NCBI RefSeq assembly: GCF_006345805.1 | Contig: NC_043002.1 | Location: 20,646,001 to 20,710,000 of the forward strand | Length of the DNA: 64,000 bases | Direction: 5' to 3' | Source of the DNA: Octopus sinensis | Lineage: Eukaryota | Part shown: positions 11,601 through 24,626 of the stretch, in pieces | Layout of the letters: every line of letters starts with the position of its first letter | Position numbering within the stretch: the first letter of the stretch is position 1 | Made by a program: the position numbers and the translations under genes | The notes under the pieces: generated by a model | What the model saw: the letters and a program-made list of their open reading frames with translations, nothing else | Database searches by the model: none | What the model was told of the DNA's origin: nothing

Positions 11601-14600
11601 TTATATATGCATCTACCATAAAAGTCTCCTGGATTGTTTTCCTATTAAAATAATATGGTAAACTATTAAAAAATAAAATCGCATTTTATCATAATTGAAC
11701 CTTCTCATAGTACAGCAATGAATGGTTATGTAATTAGATTTGCAATTACTCATGTGCTAATTGATAAACCAAATAGTCGAATTCCTTGTTACGAATATCA
11801 ACACACACACCCAAAATATACATACATTCATGTACACGTACATATATACCCCATGCACTCACATAATTTAAACAGTCTTAAGATATAATGAAAATGATAT
11901 TTTCCCAGTGATACTGGTGTGCATAAATACTCTATCGTCGCCGTCGCCATCGTATTATCAGGACTAGGAGAATCTGTGCAACGCTGGACAAAATGGTTGG
12001 CGGTATTTAGTTGTAACCATTGTTTTATGTCGAGCGTTCAAATTCTACCAAGGCCAACATTACCTTTCATTCTTTTGGACTCGGTAAAATGAAGTATTAG
12101 TGAAGTACCGGATCTTATTGTAGACGACTAACCCTTTTCCATTCAAATCTCTGGTTTTGTGCCCATGCCAGAAATTTACTGAAACGAATCAAACCAGCTG
12201 AAATAAGCTATCTTCATTTACTTTATTAACATTATAAGAAGTGTAAATGCCCCACCTTCTTAATTCATTTCCATTAAAAGTCACAGGCTTCACGTCTATT
12301 GTAGAATATATTAAAAAATTCATCTTGAAGGGAACATTGTTGAATGAAATACTACCCCGCCCCATCTCACTGGCACTACATCCAATAAACATTGTCAGCC
12401 AACTATTCAATTAGCACACACCGTTTACACATTCACTCCTGCCACTTGTAATATAAAAAAAACCCTCAGCTATAATCCACACTCACAGAAACTCAATCTG
12501 ATGCTATGTAAATTTTCTATAATGTTGGTTCACCAGGCATCAATAATTCATGACACGATAGCACACTATTATTGGATATTTACTCATTCCACACCATTAA
12601 CAAACACAATGACGACAGCCATACGCATACATTATGTGTCGTGGATGTGTCTATTCATTGGAGTGTTTGTTTATTCACTTCGACGACAACGACAACACTC
12701 GAATAACAAGATGTTAGCCATTGATTAAATAAGTGAAAAACCACCACTTAAAAGTGATTAAAATCACACTCAACTTTTCAGTCAGACTCCATCTCTCCCT
12801 TTGTAAAAAAACAAACAAACAAAACTGAATTCTTGTTATTTCTAAGTCGACGGGACATTTCAAAGTATGAGCATCTGAACATTAAACTGTCTAACAGAGT
12901 TTTTCGGTAGCGTAATCAATGAAACGTATACATGAGGATAGACAAACCCCATACATATGTAGCATCAGAGATACAAGAGTCGACAAGGTCACAGATTACC
13001 ATCAAGACATTGACAGTTCCTATCTCATGACTGGAATAGAAACGTTGATAACGCATCCCTCGATGTCACAACGTTACTTTGGGTACACAAAGAAGAAAAA
13101 TGCTGTATTATAAAATGCGTGGTTAACTAGCCTCCAGTACTGAGTTTAAAGAAAATTCGCTCCAAACCCAGTGCCACCATTTCTGCCAAGGATATAATCA
13201 GAATCCAAGCTGTTTTAGAGTGATACATACTATTTACAATGGCGTAGAATATTTCCATCTCTTTAATGGTCTTAATGTCTAATATTTTCTACTGAAACTT
13301 ACAGATAAATTTCAGAAGTTGGATTCGTAATAAAGATATATTGAAATAATAAAATGTATCATAAACCTAACATATCTTAAAATAACAACACCGCAAATTC
13401 AGCTGATAATACATCCATCAAAATTTACAACAGTCGAATAGTAAAAACTGAATAACTTAAATTTTAATTACTAAAACTGTGTTAGTAATTTGTTTAGCAA
13501 CATCGCTCTATTGATCATTGGGCCGGTTGCTTAAAAACTATTGAGAATAGTAAACTCGGCGGTAAGTGCCAAACTTCAAAGCCACTGTGACTGTTGGGAT
13601 ATCTTTCTTATCATCAAATAAAAACCTCTATAACCTTCATAACTTTTATATAATTGTAGGTTACAAGTGTTACGTTTGGTTCAACGTATGTTAAAACGGG
13701 TCAGTCTGCCTTGTGAAAATTTCACATAAGTTGAAACACAGCCAAAAGTTATAACCTACTTTTGGAAAATATTGTTGATAGACTTATACTGCGAGTATAG
13801 CTAAAAACCTACATTTAAAATGGAAATTCTGGAGGACGCTTTATACCCCATTAAATACGAAGTATATAATCTGTTATCTGATTATATTTCACTAATATTA
13901 GTGTCAACAAGTCAGATAAAAATATGCGGAGAGGGCAATCTGAAGTGCAACGTTGTAAATATAGCGAGGAATTATCTTAAGTTTAGCATTTATATTCTTT
14001 AATACCGAGAAGGACATGAATTTTGTATTTGTGAATTTTTTTTATGATTCTAATAATTGATATTTTTAATACGATAAGAATATTTCTGGAAGGCAAACGG
14101 ATATATGAGTATATATCCTCCATCTTCTCTTCATTATCGTCGTTTTAGCGCCCACTTTACTATCTTTGCATAGAATGATACGGAATTTCTTGAGGCAGAT
14201 TTTCTGCTGCCAGAAGCACTTCTTGTCTCAAATTTTCACCTGTAATATTACTCCCCTGCCAGATGTGTCTTTTGCGGAAGATTAGGAATGAGTGACACCG
14301 CTTGTATGGCGATGATGCCTTAGAGTAATCCCGCAATGTGCGTACTCCTCTCTCTCTCACACACACACACACACCGTGTTTCTTTCAGTGTCCGTCTACA
14401 GCTCTACTCACAAAGCCTTGATCATCTCGGGGTTATTGTAGAAGATACTCAAGGTGCAACGTACGCAGTGAGACTGGATCAGAAATCCAATAGACAGGAA
14501 GCTAAATTCTTAAACAGTAATGGCTGCACCTGCCTTTCTGTCTGTCTGTCTATTTGTCCGTCCGCTTCCTTTCATGAAATATTCTCAGACACCAGAAATA

Positions 14601-14853
14601 TCACTATTGAATGTTATGCAAAAGTTCCTTAATCGAACTACTCACCCCTTACTACGTAGTAAAGGTGCCAACATTAACATAGAACACGTGGTCTATAATC
14701 TCTTCACGTAAGTTTTGGATAAATATCTGTTTTTACTAAACATTCTGACCTCTACATCTGACTTATCAGTATCGTTGGAATTCCTCAGTAATTTAACTAA
14801 GCCCAGATGGTTCCATCCATTAATTAATGCACGCACACACACACACACACAGT

Positions 14854-14980
<127 letters not shown>

Positions 14981-15823
14981 GATAATAAGGATAAGGGAGA
15001 GAAACTGAGAAAAAGCAAAAAGCAAATTCAAATTATTCAACAAAAGGGTTGATTTACTAGTTTGATTTTCGGAGGAATGGAAAGAGTTAATTAAGAGAAT
15101 CGGGACATTTACTCTCTTCGAAATATATAGGTCGAGATGAGAGAAAAACAACAATTTAAATGAAGAATCTAGGTGAAAAATGCGCGCGCGTGTGTGTGTA
15201 TAATAAATTGTTTATGTTGTGGCACAAGAACAAAATGTTCAACAGGACTTTTATGTTGAAGGGTGTGTAGTCTTATACATGTCGGTTAATCTGAGATAAA
15301 TGAGGATTACACAATAAGAGCAGCGGATTCGTTTGATCGGCTGACCAGACATATCAGTTGGAAAGCAATAGAAATTACTTGAAATGGTGTCAGTGATGTT
15401 AATAATTAGCTATCATCTGTCACGCATCAGTGGGACGATGTTCCCTTTGAAGTTCTCAAGAAAGTATTAGGTCAGGTCAATGCCCCCAAGCAAGTCAAAG
15501 TTACTGTTATATTTATTATTTCTTTTATTTGAAACTGAATTAAGGCGGTGTTTGATGTGAAGTTCTAAGTGTGAATCAGAGCTGCAAGACCCTGCTTAAA
15601 TGTCTATGCCTTATCTTACACAGCTCATGCCAGATAGGGCTTGGATTCTTAGAGCGGCTCTATGCCCGGCAACCTCTGCTTTACTCAGAAGCTTTACATC
15701 GTTTGTCACCTTACCTCAATCTTGAACTAATTCCAGCTTGTTGACACCTGCTCAAGTTCATACTTGAAAATTTGGTAGAGGACACATGACATGTGTGCAT
15801 GTATATGTATGATATTTTGAATA

Positions 15824-16388
15824 TCTATTATATGAAATCTGTTCTGTCTGTCTGTGTGTATGTCTTCTAGGATCTCGGGCATCCTTCATCCGATTGCGCC
15901 CAAATTTGATATGTAGATACCGACGATATCGGGGCGTGCGTAGGTCTTGAAAAAATTACAAAAATTGATTCCAGGTGAGAATGCGATCGATAAAGCTGTG
16001 GGAACGTGCATTTGTTCGCGCAAGTACATCAGCTGTTGCGATCGATACTACGCGTACGCAAGAAAAATGCACGTGCAGTTTGCGCAAAAAAAAGCCGGTT
16101 GGCTTGAAATAATGCCACAAAATGCAATATATTTAAGAGACCCAAAAAGTAAGATGCAAAAGAGATATTTTCTTCAAATTTTGCATGAAAGAAGGAAATA
16201 CTATTTGATTTCTCAAGAAGTTTTTTTTTTTGACTTAACTTTTTTTGCCTTAACTTTTTTTTGCCTTAACTATTGAAATAAAAGCATGCTTAATTATTTT
16301 TTAATGAAAAGAAAACACTGATTGCTTTTTATTCAGCAGATATGATTCAGCACCGTCCATTGGACGGGGGGGGGGGGCGTTTTGCTCG
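15824..16388 (+). mobile_element. Non-autonomous Helitron-type element
   Basis: Starts A|TCTATTATATG with a (TCTG)n tract. Ends in hairpin CCGTCC-ATT-GGACGG (16353-16367) followed by CTCG|T. No TSD. Confidence 0.6.
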
Positions 16389-16774
16389 TACATACATAAG
16401 ACATTTACAAATACAGCTTAAGACATTACTTAGTTACTCTTCATATTCTTATAGATCACCCGTGCTGGTCCCACGTAAATAGCACCCAGCACATTTGGTA
16501 AAGTAGCAGACGTTAGGAAAGGCATCCTGCTGTAGAAACCAAGCCAAATCAGACTGGAACCTGATATAGTTTTCCTGTTTGCTAACTCTAGTCAAAACGT
16601 CCAACTCATGCCAGCATGGAAAACGGACGTCAAATGATGATAATGATGATGACGATGACCGCCCAGGTAATAAGCATTAGAATGCAGCATGGTACTGGGC
16701 AACTAGTTGGTAGTGGGCAGCCTATCTTTTGGTGATTCAGTAACAACGAAATGAAACAATATAGATTTATATAG

Positions 16775-17116
16775 CGCCGTCCCGACGGGCCTCCGTGCCG
16801 GTGGCACGTAAAAAAGCACAATCCGACCGTGGCCGTTGCCAGCCACGCCTGGCCCCCGTGCCGGTGGCACGTAAAAAGCACCATCCGACCGTGGCCGTCT
16901 GCTAGCCCGTCTGGCACCTGTGCCGGTGGCACGTAAAAAGCACCCACTACACTCACGGAGTGGTTGGCGTTAGGAAGGGCATCCAGCCGTAGAAACATTG
17001 CCAGATCAGACTGGTCCTGGTGCAGCCTTCTGGCTTCCCAGACCCCAGTTGAACCGTCCAACCCATGCTAGAATGGAAAGCGGACGCTAAATGATGATGA
17101 TGATGATGATGATGAT
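16775..17116 (+). mobile_element. SINE-like family C
   Basis: Three GTGCCGGTGGCACGTAAAAAGCAC units, then GTTAGGAAGGGCATCCAGCCGTAGAAAC...GGAAAGCGGACGCTAAAT(GAT)n. Confidence 0.8.
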
Positions 17117-17151
17117 ACATGATATGTGCAAATGAAGGAGCGAAGTCTTAC

Positions 17152-17352
17152 CTGATAACTCTTGGCGTTGCTTGTCAACTCTCTGCATGTCGCAAGCTTC
17201 ACCGCGGCAGACACGCTTCTGTTTTAATGCTGGACATTCTTTGCCTCCATGAGCAGGCTTTACTGAAACTTGCCTCTCTCGTATTTGAACCCCATGAATG
17301 CAAGAATCACCGCAGTTCCATTCTGTCCACTGGCTGACGTAGCAATCAACGG
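17152..17352 (-). CDS. SBSPON: Internal coding exon (201 nt, phase 1/1) encoding a spondin-type thrombospondin-1 domain; SBSPON/RPE-spondin-like secreted protein
   Basis: On the minus strand, acceptor tttcattttcctttattcttttcttacAG and donor CAG|GTAAGA. Open frame xVDCYVSQWTEWNCGDSCIHGVQIRERQVSVKPAHGGKECPALKQKRVCRGEACDMQRVDKQRQELS(E) has the TSP1 hallmarks WxxW, RxR, GGxxCP and 6 Cys. Symbol assigned from recalled family architecture, not a search. Confidence 0.9.
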
Positions 17353-18155
17353 CTGTAAGAAAAGAATAAAGGAAAATGAAATAAGAAAATGACGATTTAT
17401 TAATTTTTTCTCTCTTTTACTTGTTTCAGCCATTAGGCTGCGGCCATGCTGGAGCACTGCCTTGTAGGATTTTAGTCGAATAAATCAACTACAATTCTTA
17501 TTTTAAGTCTTAGTGCTTATTCTATCGGTCTTTTTACCGAACCGCTAAGTTACGGGAAAGTAAATAAATGTACACTGGTTGTCAAGTCGTTGTGTAGGTC
17601 AAATATATAAGCACGCACACACGATTTCTTTAAAAAATCGTTTGTGATAAATTTTGCTGCAACCCCCTTCGACATACGAGATCAGATCGGTTTATGCAAC
17701 CTTTCGGATACCTGTAGGTTAGCGTCTGTATGGAAGTTTCTATCTGGTCACACAAACAGCCAGAAATAGCCTAATCTTTCAAATTACACCCTAATGTCTT
17801 GGATTATACAGGTTCTGAGTGCACTGTGCTTTTGAAAGACGGGATGGTCATGGCTTGAATGCATTTGACCAAAACTGATTCTGGATTATACAATAACAAC
17901 AACAATAGCTGCAGCGTCAGGTAATTCCAAAGAGTGACATTCTAGAAGGAAGGATAAAACGAATGTTCAGTGTGAGATTTGGATGTTGAGAAACAATAGA
18001 GGAGACAGAAAAAAAAAGTCGTAAGTATATTCAGATGGATTTGATGGAATCGATAATTAGTTACGAGGAGCAAAAACCGTTAAAGTATCAGTAAAATGAG
18101 ACAGCGCGAGAGAAAATAGTGCGCCTGTAAGCTTTTGATAACTGGGAATGTGAAC

Positions 18156-18435
18156 CTTGGTTTTTAGAAAGATGGCGTATTTGGATGCAATTAGCAACAA
18201 TTGTATGAGAGTTTTAGGGCCAGTGTCTCAGATATGTGAGCGGTACACATTAAGAGGTTCACATTAAGTTTTACTGGGTTCGTGATGTATTGGATAAGGG
18301 GACTTGGTTTTTAGAAAGATGGCGTATTTGGATGCAGTTAGCAACAGTTGCATGAGAGTTTTAGGGCCAGTGTCTCAGATATGTGAGCAGTACACATTAA
18401 GTTTTGTTGGGTTCGTGATGTATTGGATAAGGGGA
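18156..18435. repeat. Tandem duplication (147 bp and 133 bp copies)
   Basis: CTTGGTTTTTAGAAAGATGGCGTATTTGGATGC at 18156 and 18303. Confidence 0.9.
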
Positions 18436-19296
18436 CTATAAGAAAGGGGTAGGATCCCGATTATTTGACGGAATTTTCCCTAAAAAAATACCCTACAGTT
18501 CCCTTGAATTTTGGAAAGACTTCACTTCGGAACCCGGAAACTGTCAATTTTGCCATGCATAATTTCTCTCTGTGGTATTTGACATTTAAAATGTGAAGGA
18601 GTCTATTTTTTTTGTTGCTTTTTGTTTTTTGTTAGGCTTGAAGACGAAGTCTTCTCTTTTTCCTTACTTTCTCCCCCTCTTGTACTTATGCATATACTTT
18701 TCGGAAATAAACAAAGAACCAACACTCGCGTGCACACACACACACACACACACACACTGTACATATACATACAACGCATATTAGCTATTGTTTATAGCAA
18801 TTGAAAACAGAAAAATGAAACAGCACTGTATAGGGTATGGAAGATAAAACACAGTGGCATCATAAACATAACACCGATAAAAATTAGAGCAACGTTAAAA
18901 TGAAGTGCCTTGCTCTAGAGTACAACATAACGCCCAATCCGGGAATTGAACCCGCGATCTAAAGCTAAACACCTTAACCACTAAGCCACATGCCTCCATA
19001 CACACATACACACTGGTAGAAAGATTGTGAGAGAAAGAGAAGATATAGGAGGAGAAATATAAGACCAAATAAAGTGACAAGACTAATAGTCAGCTAAACA
19101 CGTGGGATGTAACTGTACATACTATTGTGGTAACATCACTGGCGAGGTGACAGATGTAGTTACTATAGATGTATTTTCTGGGTGACAGATGTATTTACTA
19201 CAGAAATAGCCTCACCCGTCGACTAGACACGTGGGAGACAGATGCCCATGCAACAACAGTCGATGTCCAACTGGGCTATAAAAACACCACCCTGAA

Positions 19297-19525
19297 GGCG
19301 GCGAGCTGGCAGAAACGTTAGCACACCGGGCGAAATGTGTAGCCGTATTTCGTCTGCCGTTACATTCTGGGTTCAAACTCCGCCGAGGTTGACTTTGCCT
19401 TTCATCTTTTCGGGGTCGATAAATTAAGTACCAGTTACGCACTGGGGTCGATGTAATCGACTTAATCCATTTGTCTGTCCTTGTTTGTCCCCTCTATGTT
19501 TAGCCCCTTGTGGGTAATAAAGAAA
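19297..19525 (+). mobile_element. Full-length SINE family A
   Basis: GGCGGCGAGCTGGCAGAAACGTTAGC head through TAATAAAGAAA tail; near-identical to the 42293 copy. Confidence 0.85.
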
Positions 19526-19974
19526 CATATAAAAACACCAACCTATCAATTCTCTCTATGAAATCGTACTGAAACCAAAAGTTTGCGTGCAACTTGGTCA
19601 CAAGAATTAGCAACGAAAATTGCTGGACGTATCGGAAAGGGTGGTGTCTGTCAATGAATAACCACCTCTCTATTGTTATTTGTTTTTTCGGTATTGCATT
19701 CACAGCACCACACTACTGGTTAATTATTATTTTTTTTAGTTTTGTTGCAGTAAATTTATTGTATTTTTAATATTTATAAAGCTTTGTGAAAACTTTTACC
19801 GAAATTCGTGCAAATTAATTATTGTTATTTTTGTTGTTTAGCCTGAGTTCAGATCTGTAATCGTTCGATTTACGTTGTGAAAGAATTTTCGAGAATGTTC
19901 GAATCACCGTAATTACAATTAAAACTGCAATTTAAAATCAAAATATATTTGGTTCATATACTTATAGAATTCAG

Positions 19975-20062
19975 GAACACTCTTGATCAAAAACTTATAG
20001 AATATAGGAACACCCTTGATCAAAAACTTATAGAATATAGGAACACCCTTGATCAAAAGCTC
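19975..20062. repeat. 33-bp tandem repeat, about 2.6 copies
   Basis: GAACAC(T/C)CTTGATCAAAAACTTATAGAATATAG units. Confidence 0.8.
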
Positions 20063-20571
20063 TCGAAAAACAAAATAACAAAAACAAAACAAAAAATCCT
20101 TACACAAATATAAATGCAATAAAAATACAATAAAAATAATAACAGGACATAACAGGTGTCTTTCGACTAAGAACGAATTGAATTAAGCTTTATTTTTATT
20201 GTATTTATATTTGTGTAACATTGTCTGTTTTTTTTCCGTTCTTGTTTTTGTATACATTCGCTGCTTTCTTTCAAGGAATCTAATGCTCTTAGCTTAGTTT
20301 TTCCTTGGGGCTGGTCAGATTGGAGCAATCCCAAGAATAATCAGCCGAAATTGCGAGGATAATCTGGCGCTTGACCGAGAAAAAACATTTCGAATGACCC
20401 GTCCTTGTTTTGTTTGTATCGTCTATCTGGATTTTGTTGTCCCTTTTTGTATCACCTAGCTGTCCGGATGCTTTGCGTCCTTATCCTATTTTATATATAT
20501 ATTTAGATATAGATATAGCGGCGTACGTACACCTTGATCTCTTATACACACACACACACCACACACACACA

Positions 20572-20790
20572 CAGTAATCCCTCGACTATCGCGGGCGTTA
20601 CGTTCCAAAACCCTCCGCGATAGGTGAAAATACGCGAAGCAGAAAACAGTACAGTAAATTTTTTAATATCATTTTTCTAATTTGTATATATTTATTTTAT
20701 TATAAATGTAAAACAACACCACTGAGAAATCGACGTAAGCTTAAATAATAAACCGTGATAAGTGAACCGCGATATGGCGAGGAATTACTA
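20572..20790 (+). mobile_element. Tc1/pogo-type MITE
   Basis: CAGTAATCCCTCG ... CGAGGAATTACTA termini. A related truncated copy is at 25103-25259 and an ~80-bp deleted reverse copy at 46013-46093. Confidence 0.75.
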
Positions 20791-20808
20791 TATATATATA
20801 TATATATA

Positions 20809-21129
20809 CGACGGTAGGCTGAAAAGTTCGTAGGCTGACTATGAAGAGTTTATGCTAGAGCTGTGAAATTTCGCATGCATTAATTTCAACTCTTCTTATT
20901 AATAACTGCGATGTTTCTTTCCAGGTAAACTGACTTCAAAAGTAATTAGTAGCAACTTCTCGAACAAGAGGATGGCTTCTTAGTTTCTTCACCCGTGAGA
21001 TCCAAATACTGCAACACCGATTGGAGAGATGTGTGGCACGCAAGGGTAACTATACTGAAAAACAAACCTCATTTGATCTCATTCCATGAGAACATCTTGG
21101 TCACCTATGAACTTTTCAGCCGACTCCCG
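20809..21129 (+). mobile_element. Internally deleted mariner element
   Basis: TIRs CGACGGTAGGCTGAAAAGTTCGTAGG and CCTATGAACTTTTCAGCCGACTCCCG, with TA at the left. Residual frame IQILQHRLERCVARKGNYTEK resembles the mariner transposase C-terminus. Confidence 0.8.
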
Positions 21130-21758
21130 TGTGCATATGTGTGTGTGTGTGTGTGTGTGTGTGTATGAGAAGTGGGTGTATACGTTGGTAGGTTGTCATA
21201 GAATGTATTTATATTTCAGTAGAGAAAAAATTTCAAGTGGAATAGGAGAAATATAATTCAGACGATCATCAACACTTTGACACGCTCTTGAACTATATGG
21301 AAAATCGTAGAAAACTGTCCACCAAGATCGGGGGGAGGGGAGGAGGGAGCGAGCAGAGCGATATGTGCTCTGAGTAGTAAAGTGTTCCAGGGACGAGGGA
21401 TGTGAGGGTGAGTGCTGTGAGGATAAAGAGAGGGAGACAGAGGGGGAAGGGGTTCAGGTTACCGGAGGGTATCAATGTGTGTGTAGTTGTGCGTGTGTGT
21501 ATGTAAATGTGTGTGTGTGCATGCGCGTGGGGTGGGCATGGAAATATGTACTTTCCATGATGCTCTTTGTAAGAGGGGACACTTTACTCGTGCTGCTTTT
21601 GTGTGTGTGTGTGTTGGAGGTGGTGTGGTTGATACTTTTGACCTGATCAGCTTCCGCAAGTGTCATGGTCTTGACGTTGGTGTTGAAGTAGCCTTTGAAT
21701 GTGTGTGCGTGCGTGTGTGTGTGTGTGTGTATGTGTGTGTGTATGTGTGTGTGTGTGT

Positions 21759-21855
<97 letters not shown>

Positions 21856-21989
21856 TGTGCTTGTGATAGTGTTTGTTGAAATGCTGAGGTGGTTGTCGAA
21901 AATATTGAATATTGCGAAGACCGTGGGAGTAGTGAGAGTTATAGAAGCATGATGGTGGTGGTGGTGGTGGATGAGAAGTGAGGTGTTGC

Positions 21990-22508
21990 GGTGGTAGTAG
22001 ATGTAGTAATAGCGAATGTAGTACTGGTGGTGGTGGTATTGGTTGCAGTTGTTGTGGTGGTGATTGTGGTAATGTAGTGGTAGTGTTTTTATGATTGTAG
22101 TATAGGTAAGGTAATAACAGTAGTAGTAGTAATGGTACTAGTTGTGATGGTAGTAGTAGCAGTAGAAATTTGTGGTGGTAGCTGTAGTAATAGCGAATGT
22201 AGTACTGATGGTGGTGGTATTGGTTGTAGTTGTGGTGGTGATTGTGGTAATGTAGTGGTAGTGTTTTTATGATTGTAGTATAGGTGAGGCAATAACAGTA
22301 GTAGTAATGGTACTAGTTGTGGTGGTAGTAGTAGCAGTAGAAAGCTGTGGTAGTAGATGTAGTAATAGCGAATGTAGTACTGATGGTGGTGGTATTGGTT
22401 GTAGTTGTTGTGGTGGTGATTGTGGTAATTTAGTGGTAGTGTTTGTATGATTGTAGTATAGGTGAGGCAATAACAGTAGTAGTAATGGTACTAGCTGTGG
22501 TGGTAGTA
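21990..22508. repeat. Three ~178-bp tandem units of GTG/TAG-rich sequence
   Basis: GTAGTAATAGCGAATGTAGTACTG recurs about every 178 bp; the ORF track shows the same peptide offset by 178. Confidence 0.85.
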
Positions 22509-22564
22509 GGTCTTGTAGGTGCTTTCATACATTATTTAAGGCGGGCAGGGAATAATTGAAGGAT

Positions 22565-22955
22565 ATTTGTTTTATTCTTTTACTTGTTTCAGTCATTTGA
22601 CTGCGGCCATGCTGGAGCACCGCCTCTAGTCGAGCAAATCGACCCCAGGACTTATTCTTTGTAAGCCTAGTACTTTTTCTATCGGTCTCTTTTGCCGAAC
22701 CGCTAAGTTACGAGGACGGAAACACACTAGCATCGGTTGTCAGGCGATGTTGGGGCCACAGACACAGACACGCAAACACACATATGTACATATATACGAC
22801 GGGCTTCTTTTTAGTTTCCGTCTACCAAATCCACTCACAAGGTTTTGGTCGATCCAAGGCTATAGTAGAAGACACTTGCCCAAGATGCCACGCAGTGGGA
22901 CTGAACCCATGACTATGAGGTTGGTAAGCAAGCTACTTACCACACAGCCACTCCT
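22565..22955 (-). mobile_element. SINE family B
   Basis: Reverse complement of the 49812 element. Confidence 0.8.
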
Positions 22956-23461
22956 GGGTCTATAGATATTTGGCTACACTTTCTAGCAAGTTGAGTGACC
23001 AAATAGAGACTCACTTTTGATAAGAGTAGGAGCGTTTACTAACAGTAGTGCTGGCTCGTGCTAGTAACGTCTAGAGAGAGAGAGAGAGAAGGGGAGAGAG
23101 GAGTACAAAGAAAGAAAGAGTAAGAGATATGGAGTTGCCAGCTTGTGATATTTTGAGAGATGTGGGAAAACGTAGATGTGATAAAATTTGGTTCTGGTGT
23201 GTATATGTCAATACGTAATATATGTTGTTTGTTTGTTTGTTTGTGCTTGTCAGGAGTGATGTGTGGCGAGCAAAGAGGACGATATATTCTGAAACTAATG
23301 TCAATGCTGCTTAAAGCGCTCGATGGTATGTCGTACGTGATACGACACCGTTGAACTATCTTCTATGTGTGCCCTCTCCATAGCAGATGATGTACCGTAT
23401 AAACTCCGCGATAAGTCGTAATTTTTTACTGTAAATAGTAATAGTAATAATAATAGTGATG

Positions 23462-23513
<52 letters not shown>

Positions 23514-23980
23514 TGTTTTGTCTTGGTATAAAAGATGGGCTACAGCAAATATTCTGCTCAATACCACAGATTTGCTTGTCAGTTGTTTGACCTTAACCAG
23601 TTGAGCATGTCCCTTAGTGGCTGGCATCTCTGATCACGAGCAGAAGTAGTGGGGGAGTATCATAGCCGTGTGTTGAGAGGGATTCTTTGGGGTTTGAATA
23701 ATTCACCTCTGGAAACATGGGTGTTTCGTTCAACATCCTTAAACAACTCTTATTCAGGGACCTTTTGAGAGGGATGGGTTACTCGACCTGAAGAAAATTC
23801 TAACTGGGCCCCACCTGCAAGGTCATGCGCTGTTTATTTTGATATGAGATCGCCATGTAGCGCATGGTTATGATGCATGTGCCTGGTGTACCCTTATCAG
23901 ACGGGTTGTCATGATGGGTATATTTTACCCATATATTTTACCTCAGTGTCACTTTGATGGCATGCACTGCTCTCTCACTC

Positions 23981-24023
<43 letters not shown>

Positions 24024-24287
24024 GTTTTAAATTTTGCCACAAGGGCAATGGTTTTGGGGGAGGAGCATCGACTCCAATGTTTAACTTATTTTATCGACCA
24101 CGGAAGGATGAAAGGTTAAGTCGACCTCGGCGGAATTTAAACTCAGGACGTAGCGACGCACGAAATACCGCTTAGCATTTAGTCCGGTGCACTAACGATT
24201 CTGCTAGCTCTTCGCCTAATAATCCTTTCTACTAAATTTATCTACCCAACTTTGCTGTGGTCTTGAAATTCGTTGAACGCCCTAACA

Positions 24288-24626
24288 CATAGGTTCTTAA
24301 AGTGGGCGCTATCATCCCCTCCCGGTGCGCATCGAGAGGGTCCATGTGGGTGTTGGTGCCTAAGAGAAAAAGGAGGCGTTGAGGGTAGAGAAAAAGGAGG
24401 CGTTGGGAGGAAGGCAGTAGAATGAGGGATGCTATGAAATTATTATATCATTGTAGTATTGTATACAAATTATATGATATTATATTACATATCAAATGAT
24501 TCATAGTATATATAAATTAGTAAAATATAAAATATTTATTTATACTTGAAAATAAGGGTGAGGGCGCTGAGGGTATTCTGTGGCCATGAGGGGACGGAGG
24601 GTGGCCCAAAAGTTTGAGAACCTCAT
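24288..24626. mobile_element. Degenerate hAT MITE
   Basis: CATAGGTTCTTAAAGT ... AGTTTGAGAACCTCAT termini; flanks CCCTAACA/CTCTAACG (6/8 match). Confidence 0.5.

Noticed and set aside
12189-12410. Protein-looking minus-strand ORF (…SISFNNVPFKMNFLIYSTIDVKPVTF…)
   Set aside because: No convincing acceptor and donor pair, no domain match, and no fit to the SBSPON-like phases.
14336-14632. ORF LYSQSLDHLGVIVEDTQGATYAV
   Set aside because: It is a decayed minus-strand SINE family B copy.
14589-14707. Plus-strand exon candidate with ankyrin-like LLRSKGANIN
   Set aside because: Only a short motif match with a modest acceptor and no supporting exons.
16795-16945. CRISPR-like spacing of palindromic ~24-nt repeats (also 1922-2172)
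   Set aside because: The spacers are homologous to each other, the array sits inside a SINE with an RTE-type tail, the context is eukaryotic and there are no cas genes.
20310-20370. GGCTG...CAGCC-GAAA hairpin resembling a hammerhead stem II
   Set aside because: No CUGANGA core and no NUH with a paired stem III.
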